Shown piece by piece: positions 11,024-22,894 of a stretch of DNA of 64,000 bases. The position numbers were made by a program, and so were the translations under genes. Position 1 is the first letter of the stretch, and the number at the start of each line of letters is the position of its first letter. The notes below the pieces were generated by a model. The model was not told the origin of the DNA. It saw only the letters and a list, made by a program, of their open reading frames with translations, and made no database searches. Source of the stretch: Macrostomum lignano (lineage: Eukaryota); NCBI GenBank assembly GCA_002269645.1, contig NIVC01000019.1, positions 1-64,000 of the forward strand. The letters are read 5' to 3'.

Positions 11024-11411
11024 GAGTGAATGAGTTCATGACTGAGTGAGTGATTGAGTTCATTAGTTAGTAAGTGAGCCCATAACTGAGTTTATGAGTG
11101 AGTAAGTGAGTTCATGACTGAGTTCAGAGTTCATGAGTTCATGAGTGAGTGAGTAAGTGAGGAGTGAGTGAGTGAGTTTATGAGTGAGTTCATGAGTGAG
11201 TTCATGAGTGAGTTCATGAGTGAGTTCATGAGTGAGTTTATGAGTGAGTTCATGAGTGAGTTCATGAGTGAGTTCATGAGTGAGTTTATGAGTGAGTTCA
11301 TGAGTGAGTTTATGAGTGAGTTCATGAGTGAGTTCATGAGTTCATGAGTTCATGAATGAGTGAATGAGTGAGTGAGTAAGTGAATTTATGAATGAGTGAG
11401 TGAGTGAGTGA
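11024..11411. repeat. Minisatellite, ~12-bp unit TGAGTGAGTTCA
   Basis: Visible tandem array between the end of palindrome arm 2 and the start of unit copy 3. Confidence 0.95.
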
Positions 11412-11694
11412 GCTGGCCAGGGAGTTCCATTGTAGCATTAATCAGCTACAACCCTTTTGACCATAGACAAATACTCTATTTCTCGTTACTGTATCAATCA
11501 AATAAAGCCGAGGCTAGCCGAGCCGAGCCGAGAGTTACAACCTTTCTATCTTGCTTCCACATAATAATTCCACTGCGTTATAATTCACTCGCTACAAATT
11601 GGTAGCAGAGCGTGTGGTATGGAGAACACACAGCAGCAGCCGTTAGCGCCCGAAGCTGGAGGTAGCCCTGGCGCAACCAGTACAAGAGGCCTTC

Positions 11695-12456
11695 GTGCAA
11701 CGCATCGCTATAAAACCTCCCGCCTTCTACCGGAAGTCGCCCGAGATCTGGTTCCGGCAACTGGAATCGCAGTTCACTCTAGCTGGAATCACCCACGCTG
11801 CGACCAAGTTCCATCATACGTTAGCGGCCCTGCCTGAGGACGTTGCCTGCTCGATCGACCTAGGCACAGAGGACTACGCCTCGCTTAAAACATCGGTGCT
11901 AGAAGCTTTGCGCGCCAACCGACACCAACGAATCGAAGAGGCCCTCGCTGCTGTGGAGCTCGGGGATCGCCGCCCATCTCAGTTGGTAACCGACATCAAG
12001 CGGTGCTTCAGCGAAGTAGGTTTACAAGTCGATGACAGCATCATCAAGTCTCGACTCCTAACTGCCCTGCCCACCCACATCCGTTCGGCCTTGGTCGGTC
12101 ACGAACAGGCGGAGCTGGACGCGTTTGCGAAGATCGCCGACAGCATGCTGGCGGTCGCCGGTTGCACCACCCCGTTCGCCTCTGTAAACCGCGCTGCTGC
12201 CACCGGCCAAGAGCACCCGAGGAGCAACGCTGGTCCTTTTCGTAGCAGGAAGCCTGAGGACCCGCGCTCCAACCGGAACCCACGCCGACGGCCCAAGATC
12301 TGCAACGGTCATCTCTACTACGCCGCCGATGCTCGCACGTGCCGACCATGGTGCCAGTGGCCAGGCTCGAAACCGTCGACACTGCTTGCTAGCCGTCAGC
12401 CCACTCCGGCTCAGTCCCGGGTGTCCAGTCCGACACCAAGCCAGGTGTCAAACTAG
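11695..12456 (+). CDS. gag: Gag with CHCC (Cx2Hx9Cx3C) motif
   Basis: [20 protein letters not shown]-terminal motif; [18 protein letters not shown]. The upstream ATG at 11619 is out of frame. Confidence 0.85.
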   Translation: MQRIAIKPPAFYRKSPEIWFRQLESQFTLAGITHAATKFHHTLAALPEDVACSIDLGTEDYASLKTSVLEALRANRHQRIEEALAAVELGDRRPSQLVTDIKRCFSEVGLQVDDSIIKSRLLTALPTHIRSALVGHEQAELDAFAKIADSMLAVAGCTTPFASVNRAAATGQEHPRSNAGPFRSRKPEDPRSNRNPRRRPKICNGHLYYAADARTCRPWCQWPGSKPSTLLASRQPTPAQSRVSSPTPSQVSN

Positions 12457-15400
12457 TTGGTCACGTGCCTCGGCCGAGCCGCGACCCATCAAAGGCCACC
12501 ACACTGCTTCTTCGTTGCCAAGTCCTCCGTACGCCCGTTTCGTTCATCGTTGACACCGGCGCCGAACGGTCGCTTCTTCCTTTGCAGTTTGTTCCTCAAA
12601 ATCTACTCGCACCCACCCATGTCAAGCTTTGCGGCGTCGATGGCCGTGAAATCCGAACCTTCGGCCAATGTTGTGTCACACTGGCTATCCCCGGTCTTCG
12701 TAGACCATATCCTGCGACGTTCATTGTTACCAGTACCGCGCCCATCCTCGGTGCAGACTTCTTCCTCAAGTTTGGTCTCCTCATCGACCTGAAGTCACGG
12801 CGCAGTCAAGACCCTGTGACATCTTTGCGTGCGACTCTCTGTTCGTCTAGTGATTCAGTCCCTCAAATCAACGCCGCCACGTTGCTTGAGCCCACCACAC
12901 CGCTTGCTCGGTTCCCTCGAGTTCTGGAAGCTCCGGACTACACCGCAGCACCCGCCACGTCGGTTCGGCATCGTATTGAGACCACCGGCGAGCCCATTTT
13001 TTGTCGATCTCGACCGCTTGCCCCTGCCAAGTTCGCGGTCGCAAAAGCGGAGTTTGACAAGCTCCTGCGCCTTGGCATCGTCCGCCCCTCCGCCAGTCCA
13101 TGGGCTTCCCCGCTGCACATGGTGAAGAAAAAGGACGGTTCCTGGAGACCTTGCGGAGACTATCGAGCTTTAAACGCGGCAACCAAGCCAGACCGCTACC
13201 CTATCCCTAACATCAACCATTTCAATCATCAGCTGCACGGTGCAAAGGTTTTAAGCACCCTTGACCTCGTCAAGGCCTATCACTTCGTTCCGATGGCAGA
13301 TGAGGACATCGAGAAGACGGCGATTTGCACCCCGTTCGGCTCGTTCGAATACCTGCGGATGTCTTTTGGTCTCCGGAACGCCGCTAGCACGTTTCAGCGA
13401 TATGTCGACTCCGTGTTTCGGGACCTACATTCGTCACTACCTACATCGACGACATCCTGGTGCACAGCAGGTCTCAGGAAGAGCACCAAGTACACATTGA
13501 AACAGTTCTGCAACGACTTACCGACAAAGGTTTGGGAGTCAATTCGGACAAGTTTCGGTTCTTCCGCGAGTCTGTGGAGTTTCTCGGCTATCTCGTGTCT
13601 GCGGACGGCATTCGACCCTTGCCCCACCGTGTCGAGGCCTTCCGACAGCTTCCCCTCCTACTGACCACCAGGCCTTGCAGCGCTACCTCGGGATGTTCGG
13701 ATTTTACCACTGGTGCATCCCGGACTACGCAAAGATCGTCCTACCATTGCGGCAGCTCGCCTCAACGACATTCGTCTGGACGGAGCACCACGGTCGCGCT
13801 TGGAAAGCGCTTCAGAACAGTCTCGCGGAAGCGGTCACGCTCGCTTTTCCTCATCCCCAGGCCACGTTTACGATCACAACGGACGCCAGCTCGACCGCCA
13901 TCGGTGGTGCGCTACATCAAGTGGTGGACGGCCAGTCTTCACCCTTAGCTTTCTACTCGCGGAAACTATCCGACACCGAGACTGCGTACAGCACCTTCGA
14001 TCGGGAACTCCTCGCCATCGTTGCCGCGGTCAAGGCCTGGAAGCACATGATTCAAGGCCAGCAAACCACTGTGTTCTGCGACCACAAGCCCATCATCGGA
14101 GCCTTCGGCAACAGAAAGGAGCGTTTTTCGGACCGACAGCAACGCCACCTATCCGTGATCACTGAGTTTGTCAGCGACATCGTTCACATCGCCGGTAAGA
14201 ACAACGTGGTTGCCGATGCACTATCTCGTCCCAATCTCACCTCCGAGGCTACTAGCTGACATCCCGCCCTCTGTGGATTTGCCGGCTATCCCTCGAGCCC
14301 AGAAAGACGGTCTAGGCCGGTTCAGCAACTTCGAAATCGGGATTAAAGACTACCCATTACGCTGTGAGACTTCGCAGACTAACCCGCGTCCCGTAGTTCC
14401 TGAAGTACTACGACGCGCGGTGTTCAACTCGCTGCATTCGTTTGCACACCCCGGCAGAAAAGCTACGCAACGGCTCATTAGCTATCGGTTCTTCTGGCCA
14501 CTAATGGGTGCCGACATTCGCAAGTGGGTAGCCGAGTGCCAACAATGCCAGCAGTGCAAGACTGGACGACATGTTCAACGCCCACTGCAGCAGCTGCCTG
14601 TGCCATCTCAGAGATTCACTACGGTACACATTGACCTGGTTGGACCGCTACCGCCTCCTGTGTCTGAAGATCCCGGCCCGAAGCCTCGCTACCTACTCAC
14701 CATGATTGATGCCTACTCACGCTGGTTCGAAGCAGCACCGCTTTCGAACATTGCCGCCACATCAGTCGCACAAGCCTTCCTGGAAACCTGGATTTCTCGG
14801 TTCGGCCCACCTTTGACGCTGATCAGTGACCAGGGATCCTAATTCCGAGCTGAGCTCATGAAGAACTTGACGGACCTACTCGGCATCCACCACATCCGCA
14901 CTTCAGCCTATAATCCGAGAGCTAACGGTATCATCGAACGTGCACACCGGACGCTAAAGGTCGGTTTGAAAACGCGCGGCAAGAACTGGCTGCAGCAGCT
15001 GCCCGTCGTGCTCCTGGGCATGCGCATTTTCCCAGATGAGTCAGGTGCCCCTCCGTTCTCCATTGTTACGGGTGAGCAACCGCTGGTCCCACCGGTCGTC
15101 ACCGACACTTCTGCGCTCAAGGAGCTCTCGACTAGTCTACACTAAACTTTTCTTCCCATACCGGCAGCCGAGAACGCGAGAGATAGCCGTGCATCTGCCA
15201 GCCCCGCTGAGCTCGTGCACACACGTCTGGTTGCGGCTGGACCGGGTGCGACGACCCCTGGAGGCTCCTTACCAAGTCCCGTACGCGGTGCTGGACAGGC
15301 ACGACACCACAATGACACTCCAGATCAACAGCAAACCTACCGTAGTGTCGATCGATCGTGTCAAGCCGGCCGCCACCCTGCCAACAGCCCATCAAGAGCA

Positions 15401-15536
15401 GCCGGCAGCTACACCAGACCCGCCAAGCGACGCTCCCGCCGCTAACACAAGGTCGCGCAGCTCAAACCGCGTGCGATTTAAGAGCGAGACCTCCGTGCAA
15501 ATCTTCCAGAAGGACAATCCACCTAGCAATATTTGA
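12456..15536 (+). pseudogene. pol: pol: aspartic protease, RT, RNase H, integrase with GPY/F-like tail; frameshifted
   Basis: [10 protein letters not shown]; [11 protein letters not shown]; YIDDILV (after a frameshift ~13430); TDASSTAIG; HSFAHPG..CQQC; VHIDLVGP, ISDQGS*, NGIIERAHR. Frameshifts at ~13430, ~13660, ~14250 and ~15140; TAA at 14840-14842. Confidence 0.93.
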
Positions 15537-15644
15537 ACCATATTTTAACCGATAGACCTATAGCTTCTGCATTGATTGCCTACTTGTTCCCCTGCACTGT
15601 TCAAACCAGTTTTTTGTCTCCAATTATTACAGCATAGTCATGTA

Positions 15645-16062
15645 TAGTATTTGTCATGCTATCTCAGCCTAGAGACATCCAAACTCAGCCAGCCCATCTC
15701 AACAGTGCGATTTTTTACGTAAGCCAGTCAAGTTTTACCATAGACATGCTTCTTAAGGCCATGCTATCTCAGCCTGGGACATGCAATCTCAGCCACTTTT
15801 CAGATTCTTACTGACTTTTCTTGCTGCGTTCATTCATTGCTGTTTGTTGCCATTTCATGTCACGTTACAGAAATGATAGCATTGAGATCTGTTTGCAATT
15901 GAAATCTATATTGGCTGAGATTGCATGTCCCAGGCTGAGATAGCATGGCCTTAAGAAGCATGTCTATGGTAAAACTTGACTGGCTCGAGCCAAAAAACGC
16001 ATTGCGGAATGGGGCTGGCTGAGTTTGGATGTCCCTAGGCTGAGATAGCATGACAAAAGCTA
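15645..16062. mobile_element. MITE-like foldback (151-bp arms, 116-bp loop) in the retrotransposon 3' UTR
   Basis: Arms 15645-15795 and 15912-16062, with the inner ~70 bp perfectly complementary. TA dinucleotide on both sides (15643-44, 16063-64). Confidence 0.75.
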
Positions 16063-16255
16063 TATTTCATCTAGGAGGGGGGAGTATCTTGTAGCATTAA
16101 TCAGCTACAACCCTTTTGACCATAGACAAATACTCTATTTCTCGTTACTGTATCAATCAAATAAAGCCGAGGCTAGTCGAGCCGAGCCGAGAGTTACAAC
16201 CTTTCTATCTTGCTTCCACATAATAATTCCACTGCGTTCTAATTCACTCGCTACA

Positions 16256-17842
16256 CCATAGAGAGAATCTGGAGTGGCAGGCAGTTTGTTTTTAATTTGC
16301 TTTACCCAGCAAAAAATATTTGCCAATTCGCTCCCATTGAATAGGAATAAAGTTCCCTCAACTCACTCACACAAATATCGAATCGATTCAAGCCAAAGCC
16401 ATGGAGTACTAAACTAGAACTTTATTAGAACTCCATGTTGATATCTTTGAGTATCAGCTTTCCAGTTTCAGCCTCAGCTGCAAGCATTCATGTAAATTCG
16501 CCAGGATCTCATTGAGCACTAGTTAGCTGTCTAACAGTGCATGCCGCCGCAGAAAAAGCTTTTTCTTCCAAGAGTAATTTGGCTTCCCATTTGTTGGCTA
16601 ATTTGCCCTCACCTGACAGAGCGTGCATGGTGTCAGTTTTCACGAACCAGATTTCTTCTCTGGTACTCCATGCGGTCGGCATTTACGATCGCAAGAAATT
16701 GCTGAGCTGGTCTCACGCGCTACCAGCATGTCACGGATATCCCGCTGGAGCGACTCCGCACCGCAGCGAAACCCCCCCCCCTCAAAGCAGCGACCCTTCT
16801 CATAGCAGCTCCCAGCAAAGCAAATGGCTGTTGCAGTGTCTTCACAATGCACCCAAGAGCTTAGAGAAAACTGAGGTTATTGATCAAGCCAGCTCAGCCC
16901 CGTGTTGCTTCGGCATACTCAGCAATATGATTATGCAGTGGTGGCCAGTAGAGTCGCCACCATCGATTCAAAGGCGAGCGGCGCCACCCGCCACCCCACG
17001 ATCTGCGCTCCACCGCAGCAGCAAAGTGAGTTGAATTCCCTCATGGTTTGCTTGCAGCTGGCTCTGGTGAAACACTGGCGTGAACTGAGCCCTGCAGGGG
17101 TAGCTCTCCCTGTCCCTTATGTGTATATAATTGTTGTTAATATTTGCAACTCGGCAAATTACTTTCTGCTTAAGCTATACTCCACACTTAGCAAGCCAAA
17201 GAAACTCAAACCCAAAAGCAGTCATGCTGAACTACAAGCAAGTGCAAGCCTTTGTGGCCGCGATGCTCGTCCTGGCTATGACAGGTAAGAGAGACATCGA
17301 TCAGTAGTTTAGTGAGAATTTGGTAACTCATCGATTTGTCACTCATTATGGACTCTGAAAACATTTGCGTCCTTTTCAGCTGCCGCCATCGAGGTGCCGG
17401 CCGACGAAGCCGGAGATGAGGCCGACTACGCTAGGCGCAGATGGCGCAGGTGCAGCGTCCTGTAAGCCGGAGGCGCCAATCAGCCCAGCGATGTGCAGGC
17501 CAGTGAGGCCCGGCTCACTGACAGCTCTGACAGATCTTAATCGCTGCGGCAAAGCTTATTCTCGCTTTACTCTCTGGGTTGCAGGGTATGGTGAAGGCGC
17601 TGCTTGCTCTGTACATGTGGATTGTGGCTGCTGGCTTGGTGGGGAAATAAACTGAAGAAGCAGACAACTCAGGCACTCGATGCCTGATTCGGGAGTTCCG
17701 CTACCATCTTTTGGCAAATTAGTTTGTTATGGGTTGTCAGTTCTATCCTGATCGAGGGTGCAAGTACGAAATGATCCGGAAGCTTGGCGAGTGCAGTGAA
17801 AGTTTTTATCAGAATTCACATCACATTGAACATCCACATTTG
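16256..17842 (+). repeat. Third (direct) copy of the 1.6-kb unit, split at its 5' end by the Gypsy insertion
   Basis: Continues gccagggagttccat (11416-11430) | agagagaatctggagtggcagg, as in arm 1 at ~7126-7160. Also matches the inverted segment 9302-9378. Confidence 0.93.
17224..17465 (+). CDS. Small secreted peptide precursor, copy 3 (RRRWRRCSVL variant)
   Basis: Exon 1 17224-17284, intron 17285-17379, exon 2 17380-17465. TAC>TGG gives Tyr>Trp. Confidence 0.7.
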
Positions 17843-19984
17843 TGCGTTTCGCACAGGAAAGTTTGACAGAGCCATTGCGCCTACACTGCGGTTTGTCGTG
17901 AAATTTTCACTCATGATGGCCGGTACACTTTGTTGAGAAAGTCATCACAGCATTTTCGTGCGCGTCCTCAGGGCTTTCTTAATTGAGGTGTCGCTGGCAG
18001 CGGGCCAACTGTCGCATCGGCTGTGCCATGCCTGAGATGCCTCCGCAGCTGCGGATGCGGAAACAGCCTTAGGACATCCGGGATGAGCGCTGATACTCGC
18101 ATTCGCATTTTTAGTGACTAATTGTGCACTCTGTTGTAACACAACACCTCAGACAGTGTCACAACGTCACTTGTTCATGTATGTTACTCAACGTGAGCTA
18201 GCAGTGGCTCCATCTCCAATAATAACCCTTCACTGTTAAATTATCATGGCACTATACTGAGAGTATAGTATTATATAGCAGTATATAGCACGAACAAGAT
18301 AGTTAAAATATCTGAAACCATGCAATCGAATTAGCTAACAAATATTTAAGTGTTTAGATCGCTAACTACTCATAGTAGTAGGCAGTGGGATTTTGTTCTT
18401 TGCGTTTAATATTTCACAGATGAAATGTTTTGCAACCTGTGGACTTGAAATGTGCAATTCGTTTTAAAAGTTCCTGATACTGACTCTCCAATGGCTGTAT
18501 ATTGCACTGCCTCAACAATCTCAAGGATAAAAAAATCAAAGATCTCAATACTCTTTTGTGGGAAAATAAACCAGAAAATCTGTTGCTTCAGTCACTTTAA
18601 CACCTAATTTTGGAGATAGGCTACCATTTCAATAACAGCAGACACCAGCAGGGTTTAAGAGTTGAGGGCTCAGTTGGCCAGCTCTTAGCTCTCTCAAAAC
18701 AAATCTCAGAAGTGCGTTCAATACCGGAAGTATGAGTAGTCTCAAATATTTTATTGTTGATTGGTGACGTTGACGGAGCACATTAACAAAGTCACAATTA
18801 TAACTGTGCCAGTTTCACAACCTGCACAAAAATTCGTGTATATAATGAACACTATTCACTAGTGCACTAGAACAAAATTATTTTGGAAAATGAGCACTTG
18901 ATAATGAATGCACCGGTATCTTTTAGCAATAACTAACGGTATGAAGTTTCTCTTTGCCCCATTCAGTTACATTACTCATAAGTCCCTTCTCCGACTTACG
19001 AGTTGACCAATCTTCTCAAGCTAGCTGAGGCAATAATTTATGAGTTGCCTTCCCAGGCAAGGCAATATCAAACAAAGCTCTCGGCCATCCCCCGCGCTCT
19101 GCGCCGCCATATTAAACGAAATGATTATAGTCTAAACACTACCCCTGTCGAGTTTCCGTTGCCAGAGCAGTCCCTGCATGCCACCAATTCAAGAGAGGGA
19201 GTTAAGACGGAAACCAAAATTCCCGCACGATCGGTTTGCAGCTGGCACTGGTGGAAGCACTGGCGTAAACTAAGCCCAGGAGACCCGCAGCCAGAACTCA
19301 GACCAGCAACTCTACCAATGTCGATCCAGACAACTGTAGGCTGAATACAGTTTTTTTCAGCTTACTCACAAAAGACAGGTTTCGAGCTATACATATACAG
19401 TATTGATGAGAACGCAATCTTTCAATCTTAAAACCGCACATTTAGCTTCGATGCGCTTTTTCCCCTACTGTCAGTAGGCTAGCTTAGGATTGTCTCCCTA
19501 TTCTCCCATCTAGGCTGAGTTCTATACTAATTTATGACATTACTTTTAACTATGTTAGACACTCAATGTACTTCCCCTAGGATTCTGATTTTGGGTTTTT
19601 TACGCATTTCTGAAGGGCAGGCGATCCGGGTCTGAGGTGGTTTGACCTCTAACAGTCTAGACAGGCGACACTAAGTCTGGGAGGGATGTTTTTAATCTCA
19701 TCCTGACCCCCTGATTGGTCACTTTTTCTCTACTTTTAGTGACTTATGGCGGTCTAGCTGTCACTTTTGGCTCCAGCCTGTCTGGGTCAAAGAGGTCTTC
19801 CAGCCTCCTTCCCACTCGCTCTATTACCTTCTCCTTTGATTTATGGGCGTTTTGCAGTCACTTTCGGCGCCAGGCTGTCTAGACGAGTGACCTTTATTCG
19901 GTTTTGCTCATGATTTATGACCGCGCCTGTCAACTTCTCTGGGGTCTGAAGGCCACCTGGTGGGGTGGGTTTTGGGGTCTTGAG

Positions 19985-20125
19985 CTCAGCCAATCAGAGT
20001 CGACCTGACCGCCTCCCGGCTCGACCAATCAGAAAATTCGGCGCCTATTTTAACAAAGGCCCTCAGCCAATAGGAAAATTCGGCGCTCGTTATAACAAAT
20101 CGGCCGCATGAAATCTATAAAAGAC
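19985..20125 (+). promoter_or_regulatory. Orphan Pol II promoter-like cluster: three CCAAT boxes plus TATA
   Basis: CCAAT at 19990, 20025 and 20067; two are followed by the repeated motif gaaaattcggcgc; TATAAAA 20116-20122. Confidence 0.45.
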
Positions 20126-21729
20126 GGCATGTCGGCCCGCGCTCGAAAAGGTCCTGGCCCCGTTCCTACTCTCTGGGACCTCCCTTCTGTTTGGTCCCTG
20201 GCAATCTTGGACTTTTTGGGGCGGAGCTCCCTTTAACGCTCGCCCTTCGGCCGAGGTCACTCGCGATCCCCCTTCCACCCGGCCTGCGCCCTAAGATCAG
20301 CAACAGCAACCGGCAAGTGAAGAGTAACGGCGGCACTCGTCAGTTAGGATCAGGATTTATCATATCCCGTCCGAGCGCTTCGGTCTCTGCGGAATCCTTG
20401 GCTACCGGCGGATAGGTACTCTGATTGGTTGGGTGAGAGACTTTCTTGACCTGCTTAACTGGGTGCGCCCTTTGTCTGACCCCTTCTTAGGTAGTCCGAT
20501 AGGATTTGCACTTTTGTTTGCTTGCTTTTGTGTGCCAAACTTGAGGCGGAAGTTACGTTTAATACTAAAAGTAGCCATTTTGCTCTGACTCAATCTAAGG
20601 CGTTTAGGATTGGGGATTAAGTAAAAAGTTAAATCTAGAAGTTGTTGTTAAAGAAGTTAAAGACTTAGTGTTTTCTTTCTTTTTGGTGGTAACATGGTAC
20701 TGATATAGTACTTTTAGTAGTGTATAAAGGCTCGCCAGCGCAAGAACCCCCTGCAAAAGTCCTCTCTGTCCCTGCATGGCCAATGCGATCCTAGTCCCAG
20801 CAGCGTCCCTTCTATTCGGCTATGACTTCGAGATTTAGACAGCTAAAAGACACTAGATGGCAGGTAAGTGCAGTGCCCCTCTAGTCGGAAGTCCGATTTC
20901 GATAGCTCCGGTTTGGTGAGCTGGGGCGCACGGACTGGTGGCAGCGGGTTAGTTAATCCGTGGATTAGCTAATCTCTACCTTTCAAATTCTCCCTGCTTG
21001 TCTCTCGCTGTCTTCTCCTAGCTATAGGGCCTTGCTGCTCGCCCACAATCTAGCTACCACGGGGCTGACCATCTGACAGGAGTGAGAGGCCAGAGCTTTA
21101 AGTGATTCATTTCTGAGTTCTGAGGCCCGGAGCTACAGGCTTATAAAGGCCGAACCCATCAGTATATACATATATGCTGTACATGTATACTGTAAAAAGT
21201 TGTGGCTAATGTAAAAAATATTTTTATTTCTCGACGTTCGCTTTCGATTTTACGCGTATAGTGACATTCGAGTCAATTCTGACAGAGATGCTGTCCTGGA
21301 AAATGAAACTATAGAAATTTTCGCCAAATCTAAATTATGAAAAATTTTGTGCTTTAACCATTTGGAAGCCAAAGGTCTGCACTGCAGGCCATACCGAAAC
21401 GGCCCAGAAACCCAGAGATTGAAAAATGTCTATGGCATCAAAAACCATCTCCCAATCACTAAAGCAAGTGCCCAGTATGGCCCACAGAATATACACAGAA
21501 TGCCGATTCAAGCATTTTTGTTTAAAAAATCGGTGCAAGAATTGAAATCACACCAGCCTACTCTTGTTGTGAAGCTTTGATAAGTAGGGCTTGAGTTTTT
21601 GCCATAGACTATTCTAAGAGCGACTTTTATTCTTTGCTTTCAAATGAAAATTAAGTTCAGTCTGAGCTTTTCTGCGCAGCATGGCTGGAAAATCCAGACT
21701 CCAGTGCGCAGCCTATGGATGCCCAAACT

Positions 21730-22327
21730 ATGCCTACAATTGCCCTCCGGACACCCGATTTCATCGATTTCCGTCAAGCCGCGAGAGGTGAGTAAACTTA
21801 TTATATGAGGGGTATTTCAAAAGTTCGTAGAAAAGCCATTTCCCCTTAAACATATGCCCTTGAAAATTTTCCATTCGCCAAGTTTTCTCCTCCATTCTCC
21901 AGGAGACTGGCTGCTTTTCAAGCTATTCAAATCTGAGGAACAGTGCGAGGAGTGCCAGCAGTCGTTAAAAGGCGATGGCTCGGTGGAGATGCGCTTCATG
22001 CAGCTCAAGACCGGACAGGGCAGGACTGGAAATCTGATCATTCCCAACAAGGCAGTCATATCTGCAGTCTGTCAGATGGAGCGCACCTTCACGACAACGG
22101 ACAAAGAGTTGTTCGTTCTGAGGGACGTGAGCAAACGGCTTCAGGAAAAGTTCTTTCCCATTGTTCTTGCAAATATTCAGACGCAGAGCTCGGATCACGG
22201 CGAACGCTGTGCTAAGGCAATGGCCAAGTTGTTTGCCAGACTTCGCCTGCATCACTGGTGCACACAGTCAGAGGACGCTCGCTCAGCAGAGAAAGCGGGG
22301 GCGTACGACAGGAATAAAGAGAGCTGA
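21730..22327 (+). pseudogene. C-terminal fragment of a P-element/THAP9-like DNA transposase, with one intron
   Basis: WLLFKLFK..CEEC..L..FMQLK..GNLIIPN..V..MERTF..DH..A.LFARLRLHHW pattern. A GTGAGT..CTCCAG intron at 21788-21902 keeps the frame. The family call rests on recalled motif pattern only. Confidence 0.5.
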
Positions 22328-22894
22328 AGACTGAAGAGAGGAAGAAGCCGATGCGATTAAATGCTGTTTAACTGTAGTTTAACTGTGATGCGAATGAATT
22401 CTGCTTAGCTGTTGTTTGTTGATGATGATGCGAATGAATTCTGCTTAGCTGTTGTTTGTTGATGATGATGCGAATGAATTCTGCTTAACTGGAGTTCTTC
22501 AGACTGTTTGGTTTGTTTAGATGATAAAATACGAAAAAATTATAAAATTTTACATTTTGTCCTCCAGGTAGGATCTCTGACTGCCTGCAAGACTTTGCTA
22601 AATTATTCTTCGCTAATTTATACACTGGCCATAGACTTCACAACAAGAGTAGTGCACACGAATTTTAATTCGGCTTCATGGAAATCGCTCGATTTGGCAT
22701 TCTGTGTATATTCTGTGGTATGGCCTGCACCAGCAGGCCATACCACAGACAGGTTGGGGGATGCTTGCTGGTGGATGCAAGCTGGCAAGATAGCAAGATA
22801 GCAAGCTGGGGGATGCTTGCTATCTGGGGGATGCTTGCTCTTTGGGAATGCTTGCTATCTGAAGGATTCTTGCTATTGGGGATGCGTGGTATGG

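Larger units (their letters stand above)
11431..16255 (+). mobile_element. Full-length Ty3/Gypsy LTR retrotransposon, CsRn1-like, with disabled pol
   Basis: 166-bp TG..CA LTRs at 11431-11596 and 16090-16255 (2 mismatches); 4-bp TSD CCAT (11427-11430, 16256-16259); PBS TGGTAGCAGAGC 11600-11611 (tRNA-iMet-like); PPT AGGAGGGGGGAG 16073-16084; domain order gag-PR-RT-RH-IN. Confidence 0.97.

Noticed and set aside
17945-18142. Short minus-strand ORF resembling a transposon DNA-binding protein tail
   Set aside because: It is too short and has no diagnostic motif to support a call.
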